A stretch of DNA of 64,000 nt, taken from an uncultured Arcobacter sp. (GTDB lineage Bacteria; Campylobacterota; Campylobacteria; Campylobacterales; Arcobacteraceae). Of the stretch, positions 11,105 to 23,820 are shown in pieces; positions within the stretch are counted from its first letter, which is position 1; each line of letters begins with the position of its first letter. The notes under the pieces were generated by a model that saw nothing but the letters and a program-made list of their open reading frames with translations, searched no databases and was not told the DNA's origin. The stretch lies in contig OZ223300.1 of assembly GCA_965140705.1 (NCBI GenBank), positions 544,001 through 608,000 on the forward strand. The letters run 5' to 3'. The position numbers and the translations under genes were made by a program.

Positions 11105-11938
11105 TTAGTATGATTCTACTTGGTTTACAACTTTTTGAATAACCCAATCAGGAGTGGAAGCACCGGCTGTTATACCGCATAATTTTTTGTTTTTGAACCA
11201 TTGTGGGTCTAATTCTCTTTCATCTTCTAAGAGATAACTATCCACACAATTTTCTTTAGAGATATTTAGTAGCTGTTTTGTATTTGAAGAGTTTTTCCCA
11301 CCAATTACAATCATAATATCTACTTCTTTTGATAACTCTCTTGCCGCATCTTGATTTTCAAATGTTGCATCACAAATTGTATTAAATACTCGAACTTCTT
11401 TATTTTTTGGAATTAAAGTATTTACTATTTCTAGATATTTTTCTTTCTTTTTTGTTGTTTGTGCAATTGTTGCGATTTTTGAGTACTTAAAATTTATATT
11501 ATTTAAATCTTCTGGTTCTAGTATTACAAAAACATCATCTTGATCTTTTGCATAAGATTGTACTCCTAAAACTTCTGGATGGTCTTTATCCCCAAAAATA
11601 ACAATAGAGTACTCTTCTGCTGACATTTTTTTTACTATTTGTTGAGGAGTTGTAACAAATGGACAAGTTGCATTTATAACTTTTGCATTTTTAGCTTTTA
11701 GATTTTTTAAATCAAACTTTGGAATACCATGTGTTCTAATAATAATAGTATCATTATCTTTTACTTCATCTAAACTATTGTAAAGTCCTACATTATAGTC
11801 ATTTTTTAATCTATCTATTTCATTTGTATTATGAATCAAAGGGCCCATTGTAGCTGAATTTTTATAATCCTCAGCTATTTTAATAGCTCTTTTTACACCA
11901 AAACAAAATCCATAAGATGATGCTAATTTTACTTTCAT
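11105..11938 (-). CDS. ispH: 4-hydroxy-3-methylbut-2-enyl diphosphate reductase
   Basis: GFCFGVKRA, ATCPFV, TICDAT, GITAGASTP. Confidence 0.97.
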   Translation of the reverse strand: MKVKLASSYGFCFGVKRAIKIAEDYKNSATMGPLIHNTNEIDRLKNDYNVGLYNSLDEVKDNDTIIIRTHGIPKFDLKNLKAKNAKVINATCPFVTTPQQIVKKMSAEEYSIVIFGDKDHPEVLGVQSYAKDQDDVFVILEPEDLNNINFKYSKIATIAQTTKKKEKYLEIVNTLIPKNKEVRVFNTICDATFENQDAARELSKEVDIMIVIGGKNSSNTKQLLNISKENCVDSYLLEDERELDPQWFKNKKLCGITAGASTPDWVIQKVVNQVESY

Positions 11939-11941
11939 AAG

Positions 11942-13222
11942 TTATTTCCCTAAAGTATCTAGTATCTCTTTAAAGTTTGGAAATGATGTTAAAATACAAT
12001 CTACATCTTCAACTTCCATACCTGAATTTAAACCAGCTATTGCAAAACTCATTGCAATTCTATGGTCACCATGTGAGTTAATAATTGCTTTTTTTAATTT
12101 TCCACCAGTTATTTCATAACCATCTTCAAATTCTGTGTAAGTTACTCCACAAAGTTTTAAGTTATTTACAACTGAACTTATTCTATCACTCTCTTTTACT
12201 CTTAGTTCTTTTGCATTTGATACTTTTGATTTTCCATTTGCCAAACTCATAGCAATGCTTAGTGCTGGGAGTTCATCAATAAGCCATGAAATATTTTCAC
12301 TAACATCTACCCCATTTAACTCATTTGCAGATACTACAATATCTCCCATAGGTTCGTAGATATTCTCTTTTTCGATAAATTCAACTTTTGCACCCATTCT
12401 TTTTAAAACTACATAGGCTTCTGTTCTTGTAGGATTTAATGTGACATTTTTAATTGTTACTTTTGCATTTGGAGTAATAGCAGCTGCAACTGCAAAGAAA
12501 AATGCAGAACTAGGATCTGTAGGAACTGTTATATTTAAAGGCTTTAAAGGTTTAGTTAAAGGATGAATATGGATAAATCCTTCACTATCATTTTCTAATT
12601 TTGCACCCATTCCTTTTAACATTCTCTCCGTATGATCACGTGTAAGTTCATTTTCTTTATATTTTGAAACTCCATTTGCCCTTAGAGCTGCTAAAATCAT
12701 TGCAGATTTTACTTGTGCAGAATCTACAGGTGAATGATAGGTAAATGCTTTTAACTCTTTTACACCTCTTATAAAAAGGGGTGCTTTATTACCATCTTCT
12801 CTACCATCTATTTTAGCTCCAATACTTCTTAAAGGATCAGCAACTCTTTTCATAGGTCTTGAGTGAAGATATTTATCTCCTACAAGAGTAAATGCCCCAT
12901 CAATAGATGCTAAAAAACCGCAAAAAAGTCTCATGGCAGTTCCAGAATTTCCACAATCAAGTACATTGGCAGGTTCGCTTAAAGTACCTTTTGGAGTAAT
13001 TGTAACTGTTGAACCGTCTCTATTAATTTCAGCACCCAATTGCTCTACGATTGAAAGGGTATTTAGAGTATCTTCTGCTGTTAAGAAGTTCTTAATATGT
13101 GATGTTTCATTACTTAAAAGTGAAAACATAGCACATCTATGTGAGATAGACTTATCACTTGCAATATTGTCAATGACAATATTAAATGGTTTTGTTAAAG
13201 CATCTATATTAAAGCTTTGCAT
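11942..13222 (-). CDS. aroA: EPSP synthase
   Basis: [34 protein letters not shown]. Confidence 0.98.
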   Translation of the reverse strand: MQSFNIDALTKPFNIVIDNIASDKSISHRCAMFSLLSNETSHIKNFLTAEDTLNTLSIVEQLGAEINRDGSTVTITPKGTLSEPANVLDCGNSGTAMRLFCGFLASIDGAFTLVGDKYLHSRPMKRVADPLRSIGAKIDGREDGNKAPLFIRGVKELKAFTYHSPVDSAQVKSAMILAALRANGVSKYKENELTRDHTERMLKGMGAKLENDSEGFIHIHPLTKPLKPLNITVPTDPSSAFFFAVAAAITPNAKVTIKNVTLNPTRTEAYVVLKRMGAKVEFIEKENIYEPMGDIVVSANELNGVDVSENISWLIDELPALSIAMSLANGKSKVSNAKELRVKESDRISSVVNNLKLCGVTYTEFEDGYEITGGKLKKAIINSHGDHRIAMSFAIAGLNSGMEVEDVDCILTSFPNFKEILDTLGK

Positions 13223-15541
13223 TTATCTTATTCCTATTCCTAATGCTGAGTTCAATTTTTCTAAAATAGTATTCATTGTTGCATTGATAGTATCTTCTTC
13301 AAGTGTTTTATCAAAACTTTGTAGAACAAATCTTATTGTTAAACTCTCTTTATCTCCTAATTTTTCATCACTATATGTATCTACTAAATTAAATTGTTGG
13401 ATTGTAGCATCTTCAATACTATTAATTACATTTCTTATTCTAGAGTATGAAATATCTTTAGGAACAATTAAGCTTAAGTCTCTTTTTGAAGCTTGAAATT
13501 TTGAATATTCATTTGCTTTGATTAAATTATTCTCAACTTTTTCAAAATCTATTTCCGCAATAAAAGTATCAGGTAAGTCATAATCTTTTGCAACATTTGG
13601 ATGAAGTTTTGAAATAAATCCAATTTTTTTATTGTCAACTATTACACTTGCATTTTGATATGGATGAATTAATAAATTATCAATGTCATTCATTGGTTCC
13701 AAATCAAATTTACCAATAGTATTAGCAACTTTTTTTGCAAAACCAAAAAATTCTATACTTGCTGGTTTCCCATTATTTGTAAATGATTCATACTCACTAT
13801 CACCACTAAAGATAAATGAAATTTTTTGTGATTCATTTCTTTGAGTATCAAATACTGTCCCAATTTCAAAAAAAGCAACTTTTTTGAATCCTTGTTTGAA
13901 GTTATTTGAACAAGCTTCAATAAGGTTAATTAACATTGTAGTTCTAAGTGTATTTAATTCATTTACTATAGGATTTAAAACATCTAGTTTCTCATCTACA
14001 GTTTCCAAATTATATTTTTCAAGGATTTCTTTACTTGTAAATACATATGATAGAGTTTCAAAAAAGCCATTTTCTATAGCTTTTGCTCTTATCTTATTTC
14101 TTTTAGTAATTTTATTTGATGTTTCATTTAATCTATTTACTTCTTCGATTTGTAAAGGAGCTGATTCAATATTATCAATACCTACTATTCTTACAATCTC
14201 TTCAGTTATATCAGCAATATTTTTAATATCATGTCTAAATAATGGAACTTGAACAGATAATACACCTGAACCCCCATCTTTAACAATAAATCCTAAGCCA
14301 CTTAATATTTTTTCAATTTTAACTTTTGTAAAAGTTTTTCCAACAATTGAGCTAACTTTTTTAATACTTACATCTATTGAAAGTCTCTCTTTGTCTTCTG
14401 TAAATACTTCATAACCTCTATAAAGTTTTGCTCCAAATTTTGAAATTAAAGTAGTAAAATATTCCATTCCTAATTCAATATTTGGTTCACTTCCTCTTGA
14501 AGTTTTATAATAAACTTCTCCTGTTTTTATTTTTTTATCAAATACATTTTTTGATAATTCCTCAGGATCATTGTATGAAGCTTCTAAGATATAAGTTGTG
14601 TCATCTTTATTTATCTCTTCATTTTTTATACTAATAGTGCTTAGTTTTTCTTTTCCATAAACTTCATCAAATCCATCTTTAGATTTTTTTATATGAAGAA
14701 CAGATAAGTCATTTAAAGTATCGCAATCAGCTTTTGCATAAGCATGCATTGTTACACCAGTAGTATGTGTTGCATAAGATAAAATATTTTCGATATCACA
14801 ATCTTTATACAAATCAATAGTTGCCACTCTTAATTTATATAATATAGGAACTTTCAATTCTGTGAAATCTCCAGCTTTATAAATTAAAGATGATGAAATA
14901 GTACTATCACTTTCTATTTCAAGAAGTTGTCCTATTCCAATATCATTGTATTCTAAGTTTTTTTCTTGTTCACATAAAGTTACGCCATAACAAACACTTA
15001 ATTCTCTTGCAACTCCATGAATACTTAGACAATCACCTCTATTAGCTGTTAATTCTATATCTATAATGTCATCATTGATAAGTCTATATTCGTTTAACTC
15101 TTTTCCAATAACTAATTCACCAATTGAATCATCAAGTTCTAGTATTCCATCATTCAATTTTGGAAGACCAATTTCAGTAGAAGAACAAATCATTCCATTT
15201 GATTCAAGTCCTCTTAGTTTTGCTTTTTTTATTTTAAAATCAGCTCCAAGAACACATCCAACAGTTGCAACTGGTACATATTGACCAGCTGCAACATTTT
15301 TAGCCCCACAAACGATTTGTGTAATTTCATTACCTATGTTTACTTGGCAAACTGATAGTTTATCAGCATCTGGATGTTTTTCTTTTGATTCAACATATCC
15401 AATTACAACACCCGAAGGTATTCTAACTTTTTGTAATGAATCAACTTCTAATCCTATAGAATTTAATTTTTTGCAAATATCATTTATATCAATTTTAGAG
15501 ATGTCTATAAAATCTTCTAACCATCTTTTTGTAACTATCAT
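13223..15541 (-). CDS. pheT: Phenylalanine--tRNA ligase beta subunit
   Basis: [23 protein letters not shown]-terminal FDX-ACB domain. Confidence 0.97.
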   Translation of the reverse strand: MIVTKRWLEDFIDISKIDINDICKKLNSIGLEVDSLQKVRIPSGVVIGYVESKEKHPDADKLSVCQVNIGNEITQIVCGAKNVAAGQYVPVATVGCVLGADFKIKKAKLRGLESNGMICSSTEIGLPKLNDGILELDDSIGELVIGKELNEYRLINDDIIDIELTANRGDCLSIHGVARELSVCYGVTLCEQEKNLEYNDIGIGQLLEIESDSTISSSLIYKAGDFTELKVPILYKLRVATIDLYKDCDIENILSYATHTTGVTMHAYAKADCDTLNDLSVLHIKKSKDGFDEVYGKEKLSTISIKNEEINKDDTTYILEASYNDPEELSKNVFDKKIKTGEVYYKTSRGSEPNIELGMEYFTTLISKFGAKLYRGYEVFTEDKERLSIDVSIKKVSSIVGKTFTKVKIEKILSGLGFIVKDGGSGVLSVQVPLFRHDIKNIADITEEIVRIVGIDNIESAPLQIEEVNRLNETSNKITKRNKIRAKAIENGFFETLSYVFTSKEILEKYNLETVDEKLDVLNPIVNELNTLRTTMLINLIEACSNNFKQGFKKVAFFEIGTVFDTQRNESQKISFIFSGDSEYESFTNNGKPASIEFFGFAKKVANTIGKFDLEPMNDIDNLLIHPYQNASVIVDNKKIGFISKLHPNVAKDYDLPDTFIAEIDFEKVENNLIKANEYSKFQASKRDLSLIVPKDISYSRIRNVINSIEDATIQQFNLVDTYSDEKLGDKESLTIRFVLQSFDKTLEEDTINATMNTILEKLNSALGIGIR

Positions 15542-16530
15542 TTGAACTGTCCTAATAATCTTAAATCACTCTCAAATAGAGATCTTAAATCTCCTATGTT
15601 GTGTATTAACATGGCAACTCTTTCTATACCCATTCCAAAGGCATAACCAGACATATCTTCATATCCAACTGCTTTAAATACATTTTGATCTACTATCCCA
15701 CAACCAAGAATTTCAATCCATCCCGTGTGTGAACAAACACGACAACCATCACCTTTACAAAATACACATGAAATATCAACTTCTGCAGATGGTTCTGTAA
15801 ATGGGAAGAATGAAGGTCTAAATCTAACATCAACATTTCCAAAAATATGTTTTAAAAACTCTTCCATTACATGTTTTAAGTTAGCAAATGAAATTTTATC
15901 AGAATCATCTACTACTAATCCTTCTATTTGATGGAACATAGGAGTGTGTGTAATATCATAATCTCTTCTAAATACAGTTCCTGGTGCTATCATTCTAATA
16001 GGGGGTTTTTGGCTTAACATAGTTCTAATTTGTACAGGAGAAGTGTGCGTTCTTAAAAGTGTATAATCTTTATTGTAAAAAGTATCTTGCATATCTCTTG
16101 CTGGATGATATTTTGGAAGATTTAAAGCTTCAAAGTTATGGAAGTCATCTTCTACTAAAGGCCCTTCTTCAACTGCAAAATTTAAATTTTGAAAATAAGA
16201 GATAATTTTATCCATAGTATCAACAACTGGGTGAACAGCACCACAAGTTAGTTTATTATTGAATCTTGATACATCAATTTTTTCTTCTTCAAGTTTTTTA
16301 TTTAATTCAATTTCTTCTAAAATCTCTTTTTTTGACTCTAAGGCATTTGTTATTTCAATCTTTTTAGTATTTAAATTTTGTGCAAATGCTTTTTTCTCTT
16401 CATTTGGAATATCTTTTAATCTTGCAAACTCTTTTGTTAAAAAACCTTTTTTACCAAGTATTTCAATTCTTAGGTTTTCTAAGGCTTCTATAGAATCAGC
16501 AGATTCAATTTTTTCGATCCACTCTTTCAC
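15538..16530 (-). CDS. pheS: Phenylalanine--tRNA ligase alpha subunit
   Basis: [29 protein letters not shown] start. Confidence 0.98.
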   Translation of the reverse strand: MKEWIEKIESADSIEALENLRIEILGKKGFLTKEFARLKDIPNEEKKAFAQNLNTKKIEITNALESKKEILEEIELNKKLEEEKIDVSRFNNKLTCGAVHPVVDTMDKIISYFQNLNFAVEEGPLVEDDFHNFEALNLPKYHPARDMQDTFYNKDYTLLRTHTSPVQIRTMLSQKPPIRMIAPGTVFRRDYDITHTPMFHQIEGLVVDDSDKISFANLKHVMEEFLKHIFGNVDVRFRPSFFPFTEPSAEVDISCVFCKGDGCRVCSHTGWIEILGCGIVDQNVFKAVGYEDMSGYAFGMGIERVAMLIHNIGDLRSLFESDLRLLGQFK

Positions 16531-16632
16531 TTATTTCCCCTGTTTTCATTTATATAAAAGGTGATTATTGTACTTAAGTTTTTATTAGAGTTTGGTTATA
16601 ATAAAAATTAATACTATTAAAAGGAAATACAA

Positions 16633-16977
16633 ATGTGCATTTTTTGTAAAATTGTAAATGGGGAAATTCCAAATAAGACTATTTTAGAAGATGAAAATTT
16701 TTTAGCTTTTGAAGATATAAATCCAGCATCTAAAGTTCATGTTTTAGTTATACCAAAAGAGCATTATACTTCATTTGATGTTGTCCCTCCCAAAGTAATG
16801 GCAGGAATGACTGAATTTATTCAAAAAGTTGCTTCAAAACTAAATTTAAGAGATGAAGGATATAGAATTATTACAAATATCGGTGAACATGGTGGACAAG
16901 TTGTTCATCACTTACATTTTCATGTATTAGGTGGAGAATATGTGGGAAGTTTAGTTGGAGAAAAAACTAAACAATAA
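16633..16977 (+). CDS. HIT family nucleotide-binding protein
   Basis: CIFCKI and HLHFH histidine triad. Confidence 0.95.
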   Translation: MCIFCKIVNGEIPNKTILEDENFLAFEDINPASKVHVLVIPKEHYTSFDVVPPKVMAGMTEFIQKVASKLNLRDEGYRIITNIGEHGGQVVHHLHFHVLGGEYVGSLVGEKTKQ

Positions 16978-17000
16978 AAAGAGGATTTTCTCTTTTTATT
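16973..17000. terminator. Bidirectional terminator between convergent HIT gene and accA
   Basis: AATAAAAAGAG-gatttt-CTCTTTTTATT. Confidence 0.6.
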
Positions 17001-17937
17001 GTTTTTGAGAGAAGCTACCTAATGACATAAGTTTTTGATATCTTTTTTCATATCTCTCTTCTTGAGACATATTTCTTAACTCTTTTACAGACTCAATAAA
17101 ATAATCACCTAAAGCTCTTATCGCTTCATCTTTTGATCTATGAGCACCTATTAATGGTTCTTTAATTACGTCATCAATTAGATTAAGTTCTTTTAATGAT
17201 TCAGCAGTTATTTTTAAAGAATTTGCAGCAGTTTCAGCTTGTGCTGGATCATTCCATAAAATTGCAGCACAACCCTCAGGAGAAATAACAGCATAAACTG
17301 AATATCTCATCATTGCCAATTTATCAGCAACTGAAATGGCTAATGCACCACCTGAACCACCTTCTCCAATTACAACAGAAATTGTAATAGTATTTAAATC
17401 AGAAAATTCATATAAATTTCTAGCAATAGCCTCAGATTGATTTCTTTCTTCTGCTCCAATTCCTGGATATGCACCCGGAGTGTCTACTAACATAAGAATT
17501 GGTAAATTAAATTTTTCAGCTATTTTTGCAGCTCTTAAAGCTTTTCTATAACCTTCAGGGCTTGGCATACCAAAATTTCTTTTTAGTTTATTTTTAGTAC
17601 CTCTACCTTTTTGTTCACCTATTACTACTACTTTTTCATCACCAATTTTACCTAAGTAACAAATTATCGCATTATCATCATTGAAGTGCCTATCACCATG
17701 AATTTCATAAGCATCAGTTAAAAGACCTCTAATATAATCTAGGGCGTAAGGTCTATCTGGATGACGTGCTAGTTGAAGTTTTTGATAATCAGTTAAATTC
17801 TTAAAAGTTTTTTCAACTTCTTTTTCTAGCTTTTTATCTAATATTTCAACTGCATGTTCATCTGACTTTGATTTTGCTACTAGTATATCTTCTTCAATAG
17901 CTTTTATTTTTTCTTCAAATGTTAAATAAGTTGACAA
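16996..17937 (-). CDS. accA: Acetyl-CoA carboxylase carboxyltransferase alpha
   Basis: [31 protein letters not shown]. Confidence 0.98.
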   Translation of the reverse strand: MSTYLTFEEKIKAIEEDILVAKSKSDEHAVEILDKKLEKEVEKTFKNLTDYQKLQLARHPDRPYALDYIRGLLTDAYEIHGDRHFNDDNAIICYLGKIGDEKVVVIGEQKGRGTKNKLKRNFGMPSPEGYRKALRAAKIAEKFNLPILMLVDTPGAYPGIGAEERNQSEAIARNLYEFSDLNTITISVVIGEGGSGGALAISVADKLAMMRYSVYAVISPEGCAAILWNDPAQAETAANSLKITAESLKELNLIDDVIKEPLIGAHRSKDEAIRALGDYFIESVKELRNMSQEERYEKRYQKLMSLGSFSQKQ

Positions 17938-17977
17938 TTTATTCCTTTATTAAAAAGATTTTATCTCTTAATATAAA

Positions 17978-19237
17978 TTATTTTGTAAATTTTTTAAATA
18001 TTACTGAACCGTTAGTTCCACCAAAACCAAAGTTATTGTTCATAACAGTATCTAGTTGTGCTTTTCTTGCAACGTTTGGAACATAATCCAAGTCACAATC
18101 TTCATCAGGTGTAATCATATTAATTGTTGGAGGAATTATACCTTCATTTAATGATTTAATTGTGAAAATTGCTTCAATCGCTCCAGCAGCCCCTAAACAA
18201 TGTCCAATTTGACCTTTTGTTGAAGTTACAGGAGGACAATTTTCTTTTCCACCAAATAATTCTTTTATAGCTTTAGTTTCATTTGCATCTCCTACAGGAG
18301 TAGAAGTACCATGTGTATTAATATAATCAATTTTTGGATATTCTCCTGTATTTGATTTTACCATTTCAAATGCAGCTCTCATTGCTCTTAATGGACCATC
18401 CATTACAGGAGCTGTGATGTGATTTGCATCAGCACTCTCTCCAAATCCAATTACTTCTGCATAAATTTTAGCACCTCTTGCAAGAGCAGAATCTAAAGAT
18501 TCTACAACTAAAGCTCCAGCTCCTTCACCCATAACAAAACCATCTCTATCTTTATCAAAAGGTCTTGATGCAGTTTGTGGGTCATCATTTCTAGTAGATA
18601 ATGCTTTCATTGCAGCAAATCCACCAATTCCTGCACCACAAATTGCAGCTTCAGCACCTACTACTAAAATATTATCGGCACCACCTAAAACAATTGTTTT
18701 AACAGCATCAGATAGAGCATGAGTTGAAGCAGAACAAGCTGTTACATGAGATAAATTAGGTCCTTTTAGCCCATGTTCAATAGAAATAAACCCACCTAAC
18801 ATATTTACCAATGATGAAGGAATGAAAAAAGGAGATATTCTTCTAGGTCCTTTTGTATCACAAACTACAGAGTTTTTTTCAATTGTTGATAATCCACCAA
18901 TTCCAGAAGCAGAAATTACTCCAAATCTTGGAGAAAGTTTATCACTTACTTTATTGTTTTCATTATTAATAAAACCAGAATCAATCATAGCTTCTTTTGC
19001 AGCTTTAATACCTAATTGGATGAATCTATCAGCTTTTTTTACTTCTTTTTTATCCATAACTGTTGTTGGATCAAAATCTTTTATTTCTCCTGCAAATTTT
19101 ACTGAATATTCACTTGCATCAAAAAGAGTAATATCTCTAATCCCACATTTACCTGCAACTACTGCATCGAATGATTCATTTACATTATGTCCTAAAGAAT
19201 TTATAGTACCTAGACCAGTTATTACAACTCTTTTCAT
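17978..19237 (-). CDS. fabF: Beta-ketoacyl-ACP synthase II
   Basis: TACSAS, HGTST, GHCLGAAG, NFGFGGTN. Confidence 0.96.
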   Translation of the reverse strand: MKRVVITGLGTINSLGHNVNESFDAVVAGKCGIRDITLFDASEYSVKFAGEIKDFDPTTVMDKKEVKKADRFIQLGIKAAKEAMIDSGFINNENNKVSDKLSPRFGVISASGIGGLSTIEKNSVVCDTKGPRRISPFFIPSSLVNMLGGFISIEHGLKGPNLSHVTACSASTHALSDAVKTIVLGGADNILVVGAEAAICGAGIGGFAAMKALSTRNDDPQTASRPFDKDRDGFVMGEGAGALVVESLDSALARGAKIYAEVIGFGESADANHITAPVMDGPLRAMRAAFEMVKSNTGEYPKIDYINTHGTSTPVGDANETKAIKELFGGKENCPPVTSTKGQIGHCLGAAGAIEAIFTIKSLNEGIIPPTINMITPDEDCDLDYVPNVARKAQLDTVMNNNFGFGGTNGSVIFKKFTK

Positions 19238-19370
19238 CTATTTAAGCTCCATTTGTGATTATAATTTAATTATTTAAATTGTTCAATCTTCTTATAAAAA
19301 TTCAAAAATTTAAATAAAGAGTTAAAAGTTAACTCTCTATTTGAGTCAAGAATAATGTCTTATTACTTGA

Positions 19371-19601
19371 TTATTTATTATCTTCGATGTATTTGATAGC
19401 ATCTGAAACAGTTAAGATTTTTTCCGCATCTTCATCAGGTATTTCGATGTCAAATTTTTCTTCTAAAGCCATAACTAGCTCAACAACGTCTAACGAATCT
19501 GCCCCTAAGTCTTCAATGAATTTTGAATCTTCTTTAACTTCAGCTGGATCGCAATCTAATTGCTCAACTACTACTTCTTTCACATCATCTAATAATGCCA
19601 T
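19371..19601 (-). CDS. acpP: Acyl carrier protein (start moved to ATG 19601)
   Basis: [22 protein letters not shown]. Confidence 0.97.
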   Translation of the reverse strand: MALLDDVKEVVVEQLDCDPAEVKEDSKFIEDLGADSLDVVELVMALEEKFDIEIPDEDAEKILTVSDAIKYIEDNK

Positions 19602-19681
19602 TTTCTTTCCTTTTTTAAAATTGTCCAAGAATTATACCTAAAAGCCTTTAAATATTCTTTTAAATAAATTTTTTTAGCTTT

Positions 19682-20425
19682 TTAAACGTATAAGCCACCA
19701 TTAACTTTTAATATCTCTCCTGTTATATAAGAAGAGTGATCACTCAATAAAAATGCAACCGCATCAGCAATTTCACTCGGCTGTCCAAATCTATTTAGTG
19801 GAATATTTTTTATATATTCTGCTTTTACTTCATCTTTTAATTCATCAGTCATATCTGTTTGAATAAAACCAGGAGTTACAGCATTATATCTAATACTTCT
19901 AGCAGCTGCTTCTTTTGCAAATGATTTTGTCATTGCATTTAATCCACCTTTAGAAGCAGAGTAGTTAGTTTGTCCAGGATTTCCCATCTCTCCAACAATC
20001 GAAGAGATATTTACAATTGAACCAAATCTTTTTTTACCCATTACTTTTAAAGCAGATTTACATCCAATAAATGCTGATGTTAAGTTTGCACTTATAACAT
20101 CATTGAAGTCTTGAACAGACATTCTAAGAGCTAATTTATCTTTTGTAATACCAGCATTGTTAACTAAATATGATAATTCACCATCAGCATCAATAATTGT
20201 ATTAATAGCACTTACAAACTCATCTTCGTTTGTTACATCAGCTTTTATAATTGCAGCTTTTCCACCAGCAGTTTCAATCTCTTCTTGAATTTTAGAAGCA
20301 GCATCTGCTCCACTTCTATAATTAATCCATACTTTAAGTCCATGACTTGCAAGAGTTTTGGCAATTTGAGCACCTATACCTCTGCTAGCACCAGTAACTA
20401 GTACATTTGAACCTGTAAATTTCAT
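19682..20425 (-). CDS. fabG: 3-oxoacyl-ACP reductase
   Basis: TGASRGIG, NNAGIT, YSASK; upstream of acpP-fabF. Confidence 0.96.
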   Translation of the reverse strand: MKFTGSNVLVTGASRGIGAQIAKTLASHGLKVWINYRSGADAASKIQEEIETAGGKAAIIKADVTNEDEFVSAINTIIDADGELSYLVNNAGITKDKLALRMSVQDFNDVISANLTSAFIGCKSALKVMGKKRFGSIVNISSIVGEMGNPGQTNYSASKGGLNAMTKSFAKEAAARSIRYNAVTPGFIQTDMTDELKDEVKAEYIKNIPLNRFGQPSEIADAVAFLLSDHSSYITGEILKVNGGLYV

Positions 20426-20586
20426 CTTTATCCTTTTAATTAGTCCCTAATTAAAAGGGACCTCTCTTTTATGACTTCTTTTAACAAGAGAAATAAATTC
20501 TCTTTAAAGAAACAAATCCTAAAGAGAATAACGAGTTATTCTTTATAAATTAGTTTCTTTTAAAATGATATTATATCTATAATTAA

Positions 20587-21336
20587 TTAAACACCTCTTT
20601 TATTATCCCAAACCCTTATATGTAGTCTATCGCAATATTTATATCCTGAGTTAATTGCCATGTTTATAACGCTCTCAGAATGTTTATTTATCTCATAAGC
20701 ACTATCTCCCATTGGCATAAGATAAATTTCACAATTTGGAATTATAGATGAGATTAATTCAATCTCTTCTTTTGCTTTTGTTATAAATTCTTTACTAATA
20801 ACAAATTTCAAATATGACTCTTTTGTATTTGTGATAATCTTTTTTAGAGTCTCTTCGTTGACTCTTTTTTTAAGTGGTTCAAGGGAATTAGAAAGTTTAA
20901 CACTCATAGAAAATATTAACTCTTTTTGATACTCTTTTGTAAAGTCTATATTTAAAGAAGCATTTGTTTCTATTGTTACTTTATAACCATTTGATATGTA
21001 ATATTCCAAAATTTCTTGGAACTCTTCATCTTTCCAATATAATAGGGGTTCACCACCTGTGATCACTATATCTACTTTATATGAAGGTTCTAGTTTTTTA
21101 ACTTGCTTTATTATTTCATCTTTATTCATCTTATGCCATTGGTCTTTAAAAGCAGGATCAACTGCATAAAATGAATCACAAGAACATTTTTTTACACCAC
21201 TTGGAGTCTCATATTCAACTGCAAAGCCTTCACATCTAAAGTTGCATTTACCAAATCTTATAAAAATAGATGGATTCCCAACATATTTACCTTCACCTTG
21301 AATTGTTGGTCCAAATATCTCATTTACTTCAAGCAT
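20587..21336 (-). CDS. queE: 7-carboxy-7-deazaguanine synthase (radical SAM)
   Basis: TIQGEG, CNFRC...CSCD, TGGEPL, IETN; clustered with queC/queD. Confidence 0.9.
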   Translation of the reverse strand: MLEVNEIFGPTIQGEGKYVGNPSIFIRFGKCNFRCEGFAVEYETPSGVKKCSCDSFYAVDPAFKDQWHKMNKDEIIKQVKKLEPSYKVDIVITGGEPLLYWKDEEFQEILEYYISNGYKVTIETNASLNIDFTKEYQKELIFSMSVKLSNSLEPLKKRVNEETLKKIITNTKESYLKFVISKEFITKAKEEIELISSIIPNCEIYLMPMGDSAYEINKHSESVINMAINSGYKYCDRLHIRVWDNKRGV

Positions 21337-21868
21337 ATACTGTACTTTTACTTTTTGGAGTCTCTAAAAATTCTACGTGTGATACTTTTATTGGTAGTTC
21401 ATTCATTTTAGTTTGAATGATTTCTAAAAGCCAAGCAGAAAGGTTTTCACTTGTTGGTACAAAATCAACAAGTACATATCCTTCATACAATTCACGAATA
21501 TGTATTGGTTCATCTTTTATGCTATTTAAATCAAAAGTATAAAATCCTTCTTCATGGAAAAACAACTCTTCTTTATTTTTAAAATGAGGTAGTAAAGTTT
21601 CAAATAAGGGATCATTTAAATCTAAAATAAATTTATGATCTAAAGTATCATCTAAAAATTTCTTGAACCAATTTAAATGCTTAAAATCAGTTACCATTCC
21701 ATTTTTTAAACTTGAACTTTCTAAATGTACTATTACTTTTCCTTGATGTCCATGCAGATGTCTACACATCAAACAAGTATCAAGTGAAAAGTCTGGGTTC
21801 AATTCTTGTGACCAAACTCTATGTCCATAACAAAAATCAAACTCTTTTGAAATATTCCATTTCATCAA
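21329..21868 (-). CDS. queD: 6-carboxytetrahydropterin synthase
   Basis: FCYGHR, CRHLHGH, GMVTDF, PTSENL, ETPKS. Confidence 0.9.
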   Translation of the reverse strand: MMKWNISKEFDFCYGHRVWSQELNPDFSLDTCLMCRHLHGHQGKVIVHLESSSLKNGMVTDFKHLNWFKKFLDDTLDHKFILDLNDPLFETLLPHFKNKEELFFHEEGFYTFDLNSIKDEPIHIRELYEGYVLVDFVPTSENLSAWLLEIIQTKMNELPIKVSHVEFLETPKSKSTVYA

Positions 21869-22536
21869 GAACCTTTATATGGTATTGGATCTTTTGAATT
21901 TGCTTGTTCAAATCCATTTAATCGTAATCTACAAGAATCACAAACTCCACAAGCTTCGTTTTCTTCTTTATAACAAGACCAAGTAAGTTCAAGTGGCACA
22001 TTTAATTCAAGGGCTTTTTTTACAATTTCACTTTTGTGAAGTTTTACTAAAGGAGTTTTAATATTGATATGTGTTGCTTCTTTTGTCCCTTCATTGATTG
22101 CATTTTTAATTTGGTTAATAAATGAATCTGTACAATCGGGATATCCACTACTATCTTCTTCAACAACTCCAATAAACATTGCCTCTGCATTCTCTTTTTC
22201 TGCAATTGCAGCTGCAATTGAAAGAAAAATACCATTTCTAAATGGTACATAAGTAACAGGGACTCCCGGTTTAACTCCATCAATTGGAACATCAATATTG
22301 GCATCAGTTAAAGCACTTGCTCCAATTTGTGTAAAAAATGGAATATCAATTTCATATTTATTTTTAACTTTCAAATTTTCACAAACATCTCTAAATGCTT
22401 TTAATTCTCTTTTCTCAGTTCTTTGTCCATAGTTAAAATGAACAGCAATTATTTCATATCCTTCATTTTTAGCAATATATGAAGCAAGAGTGGAATCCAT
22501 TCCTCCACTTAAAATACAAATAGCTTTTTTACTCAT
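21865..22536 (-). CDS. queC: 7-cyano-7-deazaguanine synthase
   Basis: SGGMDS, YVPFRN, YPDC, SCY...CGVCDSC. Confidence 0.97.
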   Translation of the reverse strand: MSKKAICILSGGMDSTLASYIAKNEGYEIIAVHFNYGQRTEKRELKAFRDVCENLKVKNKYEIDIPFFTQIGASALTDANIDVPIDGVKPGVPVTYVPFRNGIFLSIAAAIAEKENAEAMFIGVVEEDSSGYPDCTDSFINQIKNAINEGTKEATHINIKTPLVKLHKSEIVKKALELNVPLELTWSCYKEENEACGVCDSCRLRLNGFEQANSKDPIPYKGS

Positions 22537-23749
22537 AAGTTATATAGTCCTTTTTCTCATCGCAAAAGAATTTCCAATTTATTGGAATAACTTTTACTTC
22601 TTGATTTTCATTTAATTTTGATACATTTTCATCTATAGCAATAAATGAATTACATTGGCATAAAACAGATACCATTCCTGGGCTTTTTTTATCAGAAGGA
22701 GTGAATCTTTCTCCATCAAAAAAACCTGCTAGAAGGGTAAGTCTTCCTTTTTTATTTAATAGTGTTTGGTCAAGTTTTGCTTTTATAAAGTTATGATAAA
22801 AATCTTTAGAACCAATCATTTTTTGAATGATTATTTGACCTAACATCTCAAAAACCATAGCTGAAGCTAGAGGGTTCCCTGGAAGATTTAAGATAAAAGT
22901 ATCTTTTATTTTACCAAAGATTGTTGGCTTTCCTGGTTTTACATTTACTCCATCAAATAAAGTTTCTAGACCAACTTGTGTAAATGATTCCCTTGTAAAA
23001 TCTGCTTCACCAACTGATACTCCACCAGATGTTATTATTAAGTCTGCATCTAAAGAGTTAAGAATATGCTCTTTTATTGATTCAATTGAATCTTTTGCTT
23101 GTCCTATAAAACTAACATCACAGCCTAACTCTTTAGCTCTTGCTATAAAAGTTGGAGTATTAGAGTTATAAATTTGGTAATCTTTAACTCCTTCATAGTG
23201 TAGTTTTAATTCTTCACCTGAAGCAAAAACTACTACTTTTGGTTTTTTATAAACTTTTACATGGGAAATACCTTGCGATGCAAGAAGAGTAATTTTTGAG
23301 AAATTTAATTCTTCCCCTTTTTTAACTAGAACTTCATCCTTTTGAATATCTTCACCAATAAATCTAATATGTTGCATTTTTTTAATATCAGAGGTGATTT
23401 TAATCTTATCTCCAATAGTTTGTGTATTTTCTTGTGGAACAACAGCTTCACAGTTTTTGGGAACCCTTGCACCTGTCATTACTTTTATTGTAGTTCCTGC
23501 TTTTAGGATATCTTGATTATTATCACCTGCAAATATTTTATTTGTAAGAGTTAATTCTTTATCTTTATCTTCAAAAAGTATTGCATATCCATCCATTGCA
23601 GAGTTGTTAAATTTTGGTAAAGAGATTGTTGCCTTTAAATCTTCGGCACATATTCTTGATGTCGCATTTTCAATTGGAACTATTTCAAATTTACTTATTT
23701 GGATAGAATTTACAATTATATTTAAAGCTTCTTTAATTGACACACTCAT
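22529..23749 (-). CDS. moeA: Molybdopterin molybdotransferase
   Basis: [32 protein letters not shown]. Confidence 0.95.
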   Translation of the reverse strand: MSVSIKEALNIIVNSIQISKFEIVPIENATSRICAEDLKATISLPKFNNSAMDGYAILFEDKDKELTLTNKIFAGDNNQDILKAGTTIKVMTGARVPKNCEAVVPQENTQTIGDKIKITSDIKKMQHIRFIGEDIQKDEVLVKKGEELNFSKITLLASQGISHVKVYKKPKVVVFASGEELKLHYEGVKDYQIYNSNTPTFIARAKELGCDVSFIGQAKDSIESIKEHILNSLDADLIITSGGVSVGEADFTRESFTQVGLETLFDGVNVKPGKPTIFGKIKDTFILNLPGNPLASAMVFEMLGQIIIQKMIGSKDFYHNFIKAKLDQTLLNKKGRLTLLAGFFDGERFTPSDKKSPGMVSVLCQCNSFIAIDENVSKLNENQEVKVIPINWKFFCDEKKDYITYE

Positions 23750-23820
23750 ATAAAATCCTTTTACTTCAACCTATGCTTAAGTTTGATATAATAGCAAAAT
23801 TTCTTAAAAGTGAGATAAAC

